64,000 nt of DNA from Bugula neritina (GCA_964035545.1 OZ037771.1:12833133-12897132); one strand, 5' to 3'. Shown: positions 37,701 through 51,985, counted from the first letter of the stretch. Notes: a model not told the origin generated them from the letters alone. Numbers and translations: made by a program.

Positions 37701-39607
37701 AGTAGCACCAGTAGCAGCAGCACCAGTAGTAGTAGTATTACTAGTAGTAGTAGTAGTACTAGTAGTAGTAATAGTAGTGGCAGTAGTAGTAGTAGTAGTA
37801 CTAGTAGTAGTAGTGGCAGTAGTAGTAGTACTAGTAGTAGTAGTACTAGTAGTAATAGCAGTAGTAGTAGTAATAGTAGTACCATTTCCAAGACTGTCTG
37901 CTTTTGTAGAAATCGTTATCTCCACTTAGCAGTGTGGCTGCTGCACCTTCATCCCTTCCTTCAAAAGCAGAATCTGGCTTATACAGTATTTGTCGTCAAC
38001 CAAGTAAGTTCTCACGCTATTCTTAGCTGAGTTCTATTCAATGAATGGGGAGGAGGGTTAACCCCCTTTTTGTGTTTACAAACACTGATACTGAACCTAT
38101 TATAAATTGCTCGTTGAACATCAAACTAGTTACACTATTACTGAGGGTTGAGTTGCTAGCAGTATAACTGTGAGTTATTAGTGATTAGTTATTAGTTATG
38201 AGTGATAAGGATGCAGGGTTGGGTGGCATTTTGGCAGTTTTCCAACTCTCCTTTTTCTCTAACACTCAGTCTTATTTTTCTAAACTGCCGCAAACTAACA
38301 GTTATAAAACGGCAGTTTGTCAGTAACAGAGAGAAGCAAATATGTGTCTTTCCTCTGCAGGTAGTGAATGGAACTTTCAATAAAGGTGTGCTTATGAACT
38401 CCGGGTTCATGGAGATCGCTAAGCTAGACAAGTTTGACTGCTTTGTGTTCCACGACGTGGACTTGCTGCCGGAAGATGACCGAATATATTACACCTGCGA
38501 TAGAGCCGGCATCAAGCACTTAGCCTACGCTCTCGAGGAGTGGGGTTACCAGTATGTAGCACCCGTACTAGTTAACACTGGGCCTTTACAAAACCAGGCT
38601 AACGGTGTTTATGTTCATTACATGGTGTAGTCATGGGATATGGGGGTGTTGTATTTCATTGGCTGATTTTAGATGGTTTGTTTGTTTGTTTATTTTCTTG
38701 CAGGTTGTTAGAAATATCTTTAGGCTGCTGATATGCTAGGTGTAGTCTGTCTAAAGTAAGGGGAAATAACTGTATATATGTTGTTGGTTTCTATATTGTA
38801 GACTGTTATACCAGTCCTTAGTGGGAGGAGTTGTAGCCGTCACCTGGCAAGACTATCTCAGACTCAATGGATTCAGCAACCAGTACTTTGGTTGGGGAGG
38901 AGAAGACGATGACTTCTACGTTAGGATATCTCAGAGCAAGTTGGATATTCTACGCTACCCGCTGTCGGTGTCTCGGTACACCATGGTGCAGCATCACAGG
39001 GACAGCGGCAATGACATTAACGACAACAGGTGATGGGGGCAGCAGAGGGGGGTTGAGAGAGTTTTATTTCAAGTCTGATGAATATGCCAAGTGCTCTATA
39101 CGGTTGACTATAAAAAGAATGCTTGTAAATTTCTCAATGTCACAGACACTTTATGTAAATTTGTTAGCAAATATTTAATATCATCAGTAAAAGTGCTCTT
39201 TGGGATGTTAGCTTAGAAACACATAAACTTGCCTGGAAACAGGTTCTGTGTTTGGAACAAAATGGGTCAGTGAAACTTGTGGCACCACTATTTTTAGTTA
39301 TTTGGTCTGGTATCTTTATATTATAATAGCATGTGTGCTTACAGCTGGCTTATAACAGCACATGTGCTGATAGCTGCTATGTTTATGCATATCTAAGAGA
39401 ATGTATTTCAGATACCGGCTGCTACGGGAATCCATCACCACTAATATGCAGCAGAGAGATGGTCTCAACAACCTGCAGTATAAACTAGAGAGCATAGAAA
39501 GACTGCCTCTCTTTACTCGACTCAACATTTCATTCGATGCTGATAAAGTTAGGAATGCTAAACCAAGGACTATCAGATTCCCGTATTTGCAGGATTCGAA
39601 CAGCTAG
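31792..39607 (+). CDS. GT7-family beta-1,4-glycosyltransferase (B4GALT/bre-4-like), type II membrane protein
   Basis: Exon 31792-31889 encodes a basic tail plus TM helix ([26 protein letters not shown]). Later exons encode [38 protein letters not shown] (DxD), [19 protein letters not shown] and DGLNNLQY. Confidence 0.95.
32699..33030. mobile_element. Fold-back MITE related to 30621-31030
   Basis: Same GGGTCATTTTA…GTACACAC…ATATCTCTAGTTTT start; ~120-bp imperfect inverted arms. Confidence 0.7.
33160..33496. repeat. 30-bp minisatellite with a 90-bp higher-order period; each unit carries CCAATCA
   Basis: 11 units cycling three variants (…ACCAATCATGCATTATATTTC / …ACCAATCATGCATCAGCTTTC / …GCCAATCATGCATCAGCTTTC). 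Confidence 0.95.
34588..34717. repeat. (TA)n microsatellite
   Basis: Directly visible. Confidence 0.98.
37635..37881. repeat. (TAG)n microsatellite
   Basis: Directly visible in a glycosyltransferase intron. Confidence 0.97.
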
Positions 39608-40293
39608 TAGTGTCCATGGACGAATGTAGATATTATATTGATATTTAGCTTTCTCTCAGCTGTTGAACCACACACTCAGATATTTGAGTTTGCATGAGCA
39701 GACAATCCCCAAACTGACTTGAAGGACAATTCAACTGTAGAAAATAAACTTAGTGTATAGAATTGCACATTTATTTATTGTATGCGCCTCTTTATTGAGT
39801 GTGGGCACATGCAGTAGTGTTTTCTAGATATTACTTAGTGCCAGTCAGCCATTGTAGCGCCAGTCAGGAGTGGGAAGCGCCATATTATTAGAATTATCCT
39901 TCCGCTATTGAATTTTGATACTTAAAATACATTATTATTAATTTACTTGGACATATATAAAACATACTTATTTAAATTTGTAAAATATTTGTATTGGTTA
40001 ATTAAATAGCAGTCAATAATGTTATAGCTGAGGTACACAATAAATATCTGCACAATAACTGTGTAATAATACATGATCAATAAATAAACCGTCTATAAAA
40101 CATAATTAAAACCATTCATTAACTCACTGAAACATGCAACTAAAATTATAATTAAAAATAAGCAGTAAAATAAGAACCCATCATTTAAACATTGTTGAAT
40201 TTTGATTTGGGCATATTATATTTTAACATCTAAAAAGCTCCGGCAAAATAACCATATTTCACTTTTACCTATCTGACTTGCATAAACAAGTTT

Positions 40294-43200
40294 CTAGGCA
40301 GTTATTCTATGAGCAGGAAATTGATGATCAGGTCCGCATTCCTGCAGCTCCTCAACTGTGATTGGCTGAATAATCACATTATGCCTAGTCTCCACCTCTT
40401 TATATTTTTTCAAAGGAATGCGATTAACACACACCCCTTTGATGTACCACATGCCGAAATACATTCCTGTTGAGAAAACAACACACATTCAATATAATGT
40501 AGAAATAGCAATTTGTATATAATATATTATTACATGTAAATAATACTACTAGTACTAACCCATGTCCATTTTCATTAGAGTTCCAACACGATTTTGACAT
40601 GTTGTCCCACCACTGCGATTTCCATTGCACAAAAGTTTGCCATAAGGCTTCATTCCTGTTAACAAAATAATTAAATTAATAATTAAATTATTAATTTAAT
40701 AATAATTAAATAAATCTTGTGAACAAACAGTATGTTTGTTAGATTATGTTAGATTTGTTGATTTAAGTGAGTTGTTCATGCAATAGCAGTTGATTTGTCC
40801 CTAAATCATCACTGGGCTGAACTGTGATCATCCATGCAGAAGTGTCACCTACCAATTGTGCCTTCATACAATTCACACCAAATGCACTGTCAGATTGGGG
40901 CTCTGACTAATATATTACTGAAGATATTGGGTTTAGAGAGATGCAACCAACGTAGTATCTAATACAGTGAATTTATTACATTGCCTAATAAAGAGTTTTA
41001 TACTAAATTATTATCGTACAATGAATTATGTTGTACTACAACTCATAATATTGTATCACAAATTATGTACGTTCACATACCATCCATTGGCTTCATAACA
41101 GATTCATCTGGATACGGGGTCACTTTGTCTGACAGCGTTCCGTCAATAATCAGAAAATGGCTTTGGCCGTATCTCCTGACATCGGTCATGTGACCCAACT
41201 CTACGCCACACGTCTTGCAGGAGATCATAGCATTGGGTAACTTAGCGTGAGACTTTGGTGGAGGCTGAACCTTTTTTGGAGTCAGTAGCTTTCTCTGCTC
41301 AACCAGCTTAGCTTTAAACTCTTCTTCGGACATTTCTACAACCACCCAATAAAAATGCAGCTACTGGTAGAGAACCAAAGCTACAGGTAAATATAAAGGC
41401 AAAACTGGTGCTGAGTTATTTTTTAGTATATTTTTAAGGAATATCGAATAATAATATATCTATTTGTTGAGTCGGCTATTTATTGTAATAGCGCTCTTGC
41501 CTTGAAGAATTTGCAATATATGGCGAGCTTGGTATTGTTCAGGAGGGCACAACTCATTTAGGTAACAGATAACTGAAATCACAGTACAAATTTACTGCAA
41601 GAAGATGCGAGATAATAAAGTTCATGCTTTGTGGGAGAGGGAAAACAACCCCAACAAATCTGTTCATATGTATTTTGAAAACTTGACTTAGGCAAAGTCT
41701 GAAACTTTATTAGACTTTTTATGAAGACTTAAAGTAACCTCAAATATATTATATTACATAAGTATATATTTTATACTGTTTCACATGAAGTATAAATAAC
41801 AATTATATTTCAAGCCTATAACTTAAAAAAACCAACTATAGAAATATTTTACCTCTGACAACTTCTAGTGACTTGAACATCAGCCTCTCTTTGAAACTGT
41901 TTTTGTTCTCTTGTTGAAGTAACTTGTCGTCAAGTAACGCAATCATGACCCCCTCCTTGTGCCTTGCTCTTCCTAAAATATCAAACTGACATTTTAAGGC
42001 CGTAGCATTATGTGAATAAGTTTTATTGAGCATAGAATATTTTACTAGGCTGAGTTTTAGAGAAACAGCATGCACATAAAGCATTAGCTTTTTATCTGAA
42101 AGCTTTATATAGTCTGTATATCAAAAATTGAGCTACAATACAACAAAGATCGGCATATATTCCTAGAAAATTCAGGGGAACATAAATCTAATATACCGCA
42201 GTAATTATGAAATATTCAATCATGACATTTCATAAACTTTTTTAAATTTATTTTGCAAAAATTTAATTAATGTTGCCCAATTTAATGAAAGGATTTCCAA
42301 TTATGATCAAAAAAACTGTTGACTCTAAAAATATACAACATGCATCACTACTAAAGCTGTTTCAAAGTTAAACTCTATTCAAGTTAAATAACTTCAAGCA
42401 AAACATAAAATTATAAAATCCAAGAGCAACATTACCAAACTAGGCCTGCATGCTTTTGACATTATAAAAATTATTAATTTAAATTTTCATTATTGTGAAA
42501 TCTTTGGCTCATATTTAAAGAAATGTTGTGCATTATTTACATAAGTAAATGATTTACAGAATAAGTAATCCATATAATAAGTTGCATTATATTTGATGAG
42601 CTGTAAAACTACACCCTATACTTAGACAAAGCATTCTCTCCCTGCCAGAGTTCTGTAATGATTGAGTTTGATAAACCTGAGAGAGTCTTAAGACTAGCCA
42701 CTGTAAAACTAACCTCTACTCTGTATCTTGGCAATCATGTCTTTAACATACATGTATCTAACCACCATGTTGCAAGCCTGGATATCTATACCCTCCTCTA
42801 GAACTGAAGTAGCCACCAGAATGTTGTACCTGTTCCCTTCAAACCCCTGCAGGGCGTCAAATCTCTCCTGCGGGTTCATTCCTTTAAATTATGGTATTTA
42901 AAATAAATATAACATAATATATTATATATAACATATTATATATAATATATTCTATAAAGTATATTTTATTATATATAATGAATTATATTATATATAGTAT
43001 ATTTTATTATATAATTATAATAAATTATATTATATATAGTATATTGTTATTCAGGTACAAGTGTAAACATAAAATATAATTCAACTTCAATATATAACTG
43101 ATGGGTGACATTAAATAGATTTAATTACACAAATTTAATAATAATTTAATCATCAGTTATTTAAATCATAGAATCTTAGAAGTTGGTTTTTATCATACAT

Positions 43201-46200
43201 ACTAAAATAAACAAAGAAGAGTTTATTTAAACACAGGCAAAAAATGAAGATATTTAATTCCTTTTTATAAAAAAGTATGTATGTATTCACTATCAAAAGT
43301 CGAACCTTGGCTATGCAGGTAAAAACCTCACTGCGCAGGTAAAAGTCTTCCAGTATAAACAGGAAACAGTTTCAAACAACTTGTTTCAGTCATTTTTGTT
43401 GCACACTTAAAATTTATAAGAACATTACTTTTAATGTTTTTATGTGGGAAAATGAAAATATGCGATAAAATATTACTAACCTCCAACTTCTGCGGAAGGA
43501 CCCGTAGAAGTGAACTCTTTAGCCTTGAAGATAGGATTCAAACTGCATAGCAGCTCTGCCATGTACTGAGCTACTACTCTCATTCGAACAAATATTATGA
43601 CTTTAGACCTGGCCTGTTTAGTGAACAGTTGTTCCAGTTGTTGGCGTAAGTTCGTGATCTTATAGTTTTCTCTCTCGGCGTCCTCTTCCACCTGAAGTCT
43701 CTCCAACTCCGTCTTGTTATCTGACAAATAAATACCAACGGAGGTGTCAGCAAATACAAAACTCAATTTCAGTAAAATGGCAGTAAAATGTATGTCAATT
43801 TTAGCATCATACCCACAATTGTTTCAAATGCCAACTATTGAAGGTATCTTTACGTAAAGCCAATAAAAATAAATAATTATAAATAATATACATAAACAAA
43901 TAAAATATTATCTAGAGCATTGAGCCAAATTTTTCATAAGATGGGTTATAATAAAGAAATATATAATATAATAGAGATAGCATAAAACATATTATAAATG
44001 AAACAACATAGTATAAATCATAATGTTGAGTTTTTGACGAACCAATAAAGAGAGACCAAATCTCATCAATGGATCTGTAAATTGGCCACATGCTGGTTTC
44101 AGATTCGATGTACTTTACGCCGTGCTTACAATGTAGAAGGTTAATCAACTCTAATGCTTTGTAGTACATCTGTAAGTTTAGGTATATTATATTATGCTAT
44201 ATCACAATATATAATTATTATAATATACTATATCATACTATATTACGAAAGACTATATTACAATGTATTGTGTTATATTATATTATGCTATAGCATGTTA
44301 TGTTATATTATAATATATTACGTTATACTATAATATATTACATTTTGGTATGTTATGTTATATTATATTATATCATGTTATATTATATTATAAGGAGTGC
44401 ATATCAACATTGTTCAACATATTATAAACAAACATCTTCAGAGAATATTATGATCAGAGTCAAGCAATATCATATGCCATTTTGTATAACTTCAAAGTAA
44501 TTACCTGTTCTAACAATTAAGTTATGGTTGATAAGCTATGAGTAAAATTGCATACACAAAGAGGTAGTTGCTATACTTTCACTGAAACAAGTAGCGTGGA
44601 AATCTTGAAGTAAAAAACGTACTTTTTGACTGAATAGAAAATCACGAGAATAACAGTTCATATGCAGCAATATTATTCTAATATAAAGCATACCATGACA
44701 AGTAGATTATTCCAGAACTATCACAGGATGTAAAGTAAAGCAGCTACAGACTCCCACATACCCTGAGGTGTTCCAAAGCCATCATGCAATACGTAATGTC
44801 TTCTTTCAGCCCCACTTCAGCATGGAACTGAGTGACGTTGGTGCTGAGGCTAACCACAAAGTGTTCGTACATCTGGTTGTGCCTGTCGCTAGGGAACATA
44901 ATGCTCCCTATAGATTTACCGTGCTCTTTGAACTTCTGAGATGTCACTAGAAATAAATATGGCTGTATTATCAGCCGTTTATTTTAATTATAATTTATTA
45001 TTATTACTTTCAACAAAAACAAAATTTATATAAAAACGTTTGATTCAATTTTTGTGTATAAACATTAGTTGCTAATTGGATGCTACAGTTATGTCGTACG
45101 TATGATGTAATATGATAATTACATATGATATATGATAATGAAAGACGATATCAACTTTTAAAATCATAAAAATAAAAGCTGAAATGAGTGAATGGACATT
45201 TTTTAGGCAGTAATGAGCAGACTTTAGATTCATAGGAAAGTCAAGAAGAACATGAGATGATTTAAAAGTGAGCTTAGCCTTATTTTTAGAGTTGTCTTCT
45301 TTAACAAAAATAAAACTATTTAGTCAATTGCTAGAAAACCTTTTAACCAATCAAATGCATACGACTTTATATAACTAGGGACAATACTGAAGATGCCATT
45401 TTAATTGAACTACCCCAAATCTAGACAGTTCCAGCCAGTTTACGATAAACTCAACAAATATATTATGCATTAACATTAAATAGTTTTTTCCATTGTAACT
45501 ACAACGGCTAGTTTTTCATACAAATTAAGATATCAATTGTAAAGAAAAAACATATAATAAAATCGCCTGCGACGGCAATCTATTGCTCAACACTTCTCAC
45601 TGTCTAGGGTTTGGGCTACAAGAAGGTAAACTCACATCTCAAAGAAATTCTCTTTTCCAGTACGGCCATAATTTTGTCCTGAAGAAACCTTGACACGCCG
45701 TCTTCCCTTGCACAGGAAACCCGGATGTATTCTGTTGAGTAGAAGAAATTATATAATAAAAAAATTAGAACAATAATTTGAAGATAAATTCTTCTGAGTA
45801 AAAGAGATAATCTAAATGTTATTTCGCAGTCGCTGTTTAAAGCAATAAACTCAGACTACAAGAAAGATGGCCATGGCGTTGACTCAGATAGAAGTACAAC
45901 ATATTGAGCACTATTTTCAACCCAACTCACTAGTTTGAATGTAAAACATTTCAAACCGACACATATCGTTTCTGTTTTACTTATTTTCAATCAAAGCTCA
46001 TGCCTGAAATATTTTCGAGTACAACATGCTAGAATAATAATAACACATTTCATCCTTCAACTTTTCCGTGACATGACGCAAGATATTTGCACGCACCTTC
46101 ATCGATGTTAGCCTGAGAGGCTGCATAGATTTCTTTAGAGTCACTCGGGGGCTGCTGCAACCCAAACTTAGCACACATCCCAATGATATACTCAACAGCC

Positions 46201-49200
46201 TTCCTCTCGGTGTCAGCATCTCCTATGCCTATAGTAGCTGTGAGACCCAGCAACTGTAAGCATAAAGTATCAGCAAATGTCAGCATAAAGTGTCAACAAC
46301 TGTAAGCAGAAAGTGTCAACAACTGTAAGCAGAAAGTATCAGCAACTGTAAGCAGAAAGTAGCAGCAAATGTCAGCATATGTAAAGTGTCAACAACTGTA
46401 AGCAGAAAGTATCAGCAAATAGTATCAATAAGAACCTGTCAATAAATAGTGTCAGCAGATATCAACAGAAAGTATCAGCAGATGTCAGCATAAAATGCCA
46501 GCAAAAGTGTCGGCAGAAAATTTCAGATAGATAAAAAACCTGTGTATATTAATGACCGACATACTTGAGGAATTTTTACAGGCGGTGAATCACCAACGGC
46601 ATCACTTCCCGACAGAAGGCAGCGCTTGATTAGCTCGTTGTATGGGTGGTCCTTCTTAGCGTGGTGAAACTCATCAAACACAAGAAGAGTGAAGTCGGTG
46701 ATAGATGCACTACTAGACATTTGAAAATAGTTGTTGATGATTTGCGGCGTCACGACTAAGACGGCAAACTCCTCCCCTTTCACCAACTCTTTCACTCTCT
46801 CGGCCGGAATATTACTCTCTCCGATAATCTTCATAGCCTGAGGGACAGAAAAATTACTAATACTCCACTGGTTTGCTACAAATTGTGAGAATAATTTGCT
46901 GGCCAAGAAGCTTTACATTTTCTAAAACTTTTACTCTCACTGGGATTTGAACCCGAGAGTGCTAACTATTACACCACAACACAACACTATACATTCAACG
47001 GAAGCCTAATTTTACATTTGTTTAAATAAATAATTCAACAGTTATAAAATGCAGAAAGAAAGTGATGTATTGAAGGTACATGAATATTTTGCTATTGATG
47101 TAGTGACGCACCTTTTCAGACCACGCTAGGGGCAGATAATCCTTAATTTTTTCCAGTTGTTGCGTAGCGAGTTCAGCTGTTGGCACAAAGAATATAACTT
47201 TGGGTTTATCTAAAAATAGAACATAGGCTAATCGTGTCAGTCTATTAAAGCACTACCCAGCACTTCAAAATGGCAAAGAAAGGTTCACAAATATCCAACA
47301 CCAGTGAAGTTCCGACAAGCTACACAAAGCTTAGAACCAGCTAAAAACACATCACTGTAACTTACCGTGTCTGTGGTTGTTCAAATGTTGAATGATGACC
47401 TTAATGGCTACGTAGGTCTTGCCGGTGCCGGTAGGAAGTAGAATGATGTCATTCTCTCCGGCCAATGATCTCTTCACTATCTCTTCTTGATACGGCCGTA
47501 ATTTGAGTACTTTATGATAATCATCATACGGTGAAATGCTGACTGCAACATCCAATAATTACATTTAACATAACTCAAAGTTGCCAAATAGTTCCTCTAT
47601 CATGAAGAGATCAATTTATATCTAAGACGTATATGTTGAGTAAATCAGACACAGAGCCCACCTGTCACTTAGTGTCACTCAGCTGATTACACTCTTACTA
47701 GACACAGAGATCACTTATCACTTGGTGTCACTCAGCTGATTACACTCTTCTAGACACAGAGCTCACTTGTCACTTGGTGTCACTCAGCTGATTACACTCT
47801 TACTAGACACAGAGCTCACTTGTCACTTGGTGTCACTCAGCTGATTACACTCTTCTAGACACAGAGCTCACTTGTCACTTGGTGTCACTCAGCTGATTAC
47901 ACTCTTACTAGACACAGAGCTCACTTGTCACTTGGTGTCACTCAGCTGATTACACTCTTCTAGACACAGCGCTCACTTGTCAATTAGTGTCACTCAGCTG
48001 ATTACACTCTTACTAAACACAGAGTTCACTTGTCACTTGGTGTCACTCAGCTGATTACACTCTTACTAGACACAAAGCTCACCTGTCACTTAGGGTCACG
48101 TATTTCAATACACTCACACTAGACCTGGAGTTCATCAGAGCAAAAGGTGGCGCAACTAAGAGATCCCACAACTATGAGTACAAAAAAATTCGTCCTGAAC
48201 TCATAGTTTATGAAAAAGAGTCTCACCCAATGCAACGTCTGTATCTTTACTTCTGTCAGACACTGATGAGTCATCAACTGTCTGCTGAGTGGTACTTGGA
48301 AGTAAATCAGATAGAACCGGGTCACCAAGCACTTCTGGAACATCTACAGAGTTATCACTTTTAAAAACGGACAGTGCAGGAACGTTGCCGCTTGCGACGC
48401 TGTTTTGTGCCACACCTGGCTGACTCGGCGCATTCTGTGATGGTTGGTCAGGAAAGTCTGTAAATAAAAGTACATAGTTTCTATACTTTACTAAACATGC
48501 TGCATAATTTATTGATGCGAAACTAAGCTAAGTATTGGGAACATTAAAATTTTTCACCAAATAATTGAACAAAAATATTTAATATTATCTGTAAAAAAAC
48601 GCTAAAACAATCTTCAAATAATTATTTAACAATAAATGACAGTTGTCCTAATTCTTTAACATATTTATTTGTGGAATGACAAATGAGTGAAAAATTTTCA
48701 GTCATAATATTTTACAATTAATATTATATTATTAAAAATTGTTCAACATTCATGCTTACAACATTTGCATTGTTGCAACGAGACAGTGAATTGAAAAGTG
48801 ATAAATTAAGTTAGTAGAGTTGTCTTCTACCAAAAAAAACCCCAAAAGCTCACGTCAATTTGAGTTTTCTATTCCTTTGGAAAACTGCCGATTACAAGGG
48901 TGTTTAGGCAGACCAAGTACTGTGCATCTCACTATGTTAGTAGTTTGGTGATTTAATATGACACAAGGGTTTGTGGCTAGTAGATGCTCTTCCTTACAGC
49001 CCCAATAATCGTTATCTGGATTCAAACCTGCTTACCAAGCCAGTGCTCTAATCACCAGACCATGACAGCTATTCTAAAACGAAGTTAACAAAACACACCT
49101 TGCGAAGAATAATCTGAAGTTCTGCCAGGCTGTAGGGCATAGATAGAATCTTCCGGTCTCTCCTCATTTGCCGATTGATTAGCGCTTTGAGCGGGATTCT

Positions 49201-50556
49201 CAGTCAGTGGCTCAACTAAACCAAAACAGGGAAATGAAATATCACATACTTCCTATCAAATACTCAACTCTACATTAGTTAGTACTTCCTGTCACGTACT
49301 CAACTCTACATTAGGTAGTACTTCCTGTCACGTACTCAACTCTACATTAGTTAGTACTTCCTGTCACGTACTCAACTCTACATTAGTTAGTACTTCCTGT
49401 CACATACTCAACTCCACATTAGTTAGTACTTCCTGTCACATACTCAACTCCACATTAGTTAGTACTTCCTGTCACATACTCAACTCCACATTAGTTAGTA
49501 ATTCCTGTCACATACTCAACTCCACATTAGTTAGTACTTCCTGTCACGTACTCTACATTAGTTAGTACTTCCTGTCACGTACTCTACATTAGTTAGTACT
49601 TCCTGTCACGTACTCAACTCCACATTAGTTAGTACTTCCTGTCACATACTCAACTCCACATTAGTTAGTAATTCCTGTCACATACTCAACTCCACATTAG
49701 TTAGTACTTCCTCTCACATACTCAACTCCACAGTAGGGGTAAAACTGGTACTTCTTATAAAATACTTGCAAAAAGAAGAAAAACTTGCATTGCTATTATA
49801 GTTCACACTGACTGAACACTTAAGAAAAGATTAGGTGATAAATATATGTTATCATCACATCTAATAAGCATGTATTTGTGTACTTTTGATGAATTCATTA
49901 TATTTACTCTCATCCAAAAGTAATGTTGAAATGCTACAGAGATTTCTTAAACTGTTGCTAACAGATCAACACTACTATACAGTGATCAGAAAGAATGATA
50001 AAGCAGCATCGTCAGTGCTCACTCTATCTGTCTTTATTCTTTAACTTTATTTTATATTTCTATTTATTATTACATACTAAAATACCTATGTAGAGTGTTA
50101 GTGTAATACAAATGCACGGCATATATTTCTAAGTATACAAACTAGCTGTCCTGCTGCCTAGCCCCAGGTCCTCTCGGGTTCTATCGCTGATTTGAAATGA
50201 ATCTACAAAATTTCGACAACACGTGTCAGTTAACATAGGGTGTACAAAGATGAATATGAAATGTTAAACATAAAATCTGACCCAACCTTTCATAATACAT
50301 AATTATGCTTATCCAAAATGATGCACATACATAATAATCAGAAACTAACATAATTTTATTTCAAAAATGCTGAATGCTTCTATAAAATACACTATTGTGA
50401 AAAGTAAATCAGGTAAAATATTCTCCCATCTCACTGTATATTGTAAATGACAGTAATTATTAGTCTATACATGATAAAAGTGGGTAATGTTGAAAACTAA
50501 CCAAAAGGTGCATTTAAATCAGACGAAATATCAAACTCTGTATGCTCACTGGCCAT
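40294..50556 (-). CDS. RIG-I-like receptor (DExD/H helicase + Zn-binding CTD), no CARD detected
   Basis: [60 protein letters not shown] and QSRGRAR motifs. CTD has CKTC…H…C-x9-C. Putative start MASEHTEF at 50556 is followed by four phase-1 exons of low-complexity sequence; the 5' exons are less certain than the helicase core. Confidence 0.92.
46249..46520. repeat. ~23-bp degenerate tandem repeat containing copies of an RLR splice acceptor
   Basis: CAACTGTAAG at 46251 (true acceptor), 46297, 46320, 46343 and 46393. Confidence 0.85.
46936..46977 (-). mobile_element. Internally deleted fragment of the tRNA-like repeat seen at 52620/52848
   Basis: CACTGGGATTTGAACCCGAG joined directly to GTGCTAAC…TACACCAC. 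Confidence 0.55.
47647..48099. repeat. ~51-bp minisatellite, ~9 copies
   Basis: AGACACAGAGCTCACTTGTCACTTGGTGTCACTCAGCTGATTACACTCTT(A)CT units. Confidence 0.96.
49243..49732. repeat. 35-bp minisatellite, ~14 copies
   Basis: TCACRTACTCAACTCYACATTAGTTAGTACTTCCTG-like units. Confidence 0.96.
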
Positions 50557-50706
50557 CTCTCAGAGTAGACCAGTCAACCAGTTCAGAGATGCAAGTTTAG
50601 GAACGTCTCATCTCAGAAGGGCTTTGATTACTACACAATGATATCATCAAGCATTAGTATGCACATTTATATAAGAGAAAAGCTTTATTCTTATTTCTCT
50701 CTTACA

Positions 50707-51030
50707 TCACTCACTCACTCACCCACTCACTCAGTCACTCACTTACCCACTCACTCACTCAATCACCCACTTACTCACTCACCCAATCACTCACTCAGTT
50801 ACTCACTCACTCACCCAATCACTCACTCAGTTACTCACTCCTTTACTCACTCACACTGGCTCGCTCGCTCATCCAATCACTCACTCCTTTACTCACTCAC
50901 ACTGGCTCACTCACTCACTCGCTCGCTCACTCACTCACTCATTCACTCAGTCACTCACTCAGTCACTCGCTCACTCAGTCACTCACTCAGTCACTCGCTC
51001 ACTCAGTCACTCACTCAGTCACCCACTCAC
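50707..51030. repeat. (TCAC)n microsatellite
   Basis: Directly visible; explains the SLTH-repeat ORF. Confidence 0.96.
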
Positions 51031-51586
51031 AAATGATCATACTATCTTCACACACATGCACGCATACACTCTTGCATACCCTCATTCACACAATTTAATA
51101 ACTTGTTAAAATATTAGAAACTTGAAGAACCAAAACAAAATTTAAAAAATCGAATATTTTGCAAGTGAACTTTGCAACCTAATTTTCTCCACTATCAAAT
51201 TTCTATTTTTCAGCTGTCTGCATTACAATTTATCTGCTCTACAAGTAGGATTATGACTTTTGACATGATAAAAAATAGATAAGCACTACCTATTTTACAT
51301 TGTAAATTTTCTATCAAACCCAGGTGCTTATACGAATGTCATTTGCAAACAAAGATGAACTTGCTAAAGTCAATACTGTCACATGTTACTAAATGGTTTA
51401 GTGAGCCAAGATATTTCTCAGCTTTATGTTTTGCTAACTTTTATTTAGACATCCCTTAGTTTTCAAATTTATTAAAAAATTTAATCATATGTTGTAAAAT
51501 ATTAATAATGACAAAAGTTATTTACCAACTGTTTTTCACTTGAGCTTGTTGTCAAGCCACATTCTAAATTGGTTCTGTATAAATAC

Positions 51587-51985
51587 TGTAATGGTTAGGA
51601 GAAGTATACCCCCCCCCCCCAGTACCCCCGCTAAACATGACTCTAAATATTATGGTCAAGGACGACAACTCCAAGTCATGCCGCATTTCCATGCGGTGCC
51701 CTACTAGTAATTATGGGCAACATCGCCAGCAACTACGGGCGACACTGCCGGAATCTTGTGTCAACCAACCAGGATCCACTCTGTGTATATAAGCAATGCC
51801 TTCCGGCGCCCACAGCAGTCTTGGACAGTAGCAGTAGATAACTAGGTTGACTTTATGTAATTGTTTCGGCTATTGTACTCTTTTCTCTTTTATACATGTA
51901 CTGATTTTCGATCGTGTGTAATTGATAAACAATACAGTTCTCTTGTTAAATGATCAACTGGTTCAGTTTTTCACATGACCTCACA
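51587..51985 (+). mobile_element. Solo-LTR-like dispersed repeat
   Basis: Begins TGTAATGG and ends …TCACA (51975 or 51985), with internal TATATAAG. Colinear similarity to 63634-64000 starts at the same TGT. No TSD was identified. Confidence 0.65.

Noticed and set aside
48119-48170. Extra RLR micro-exon
   Set aside because: The strong GTGAGT donor lies beyond an in-frame TAG for the obvious acceptor, and the flanking exons already join in phase without it.
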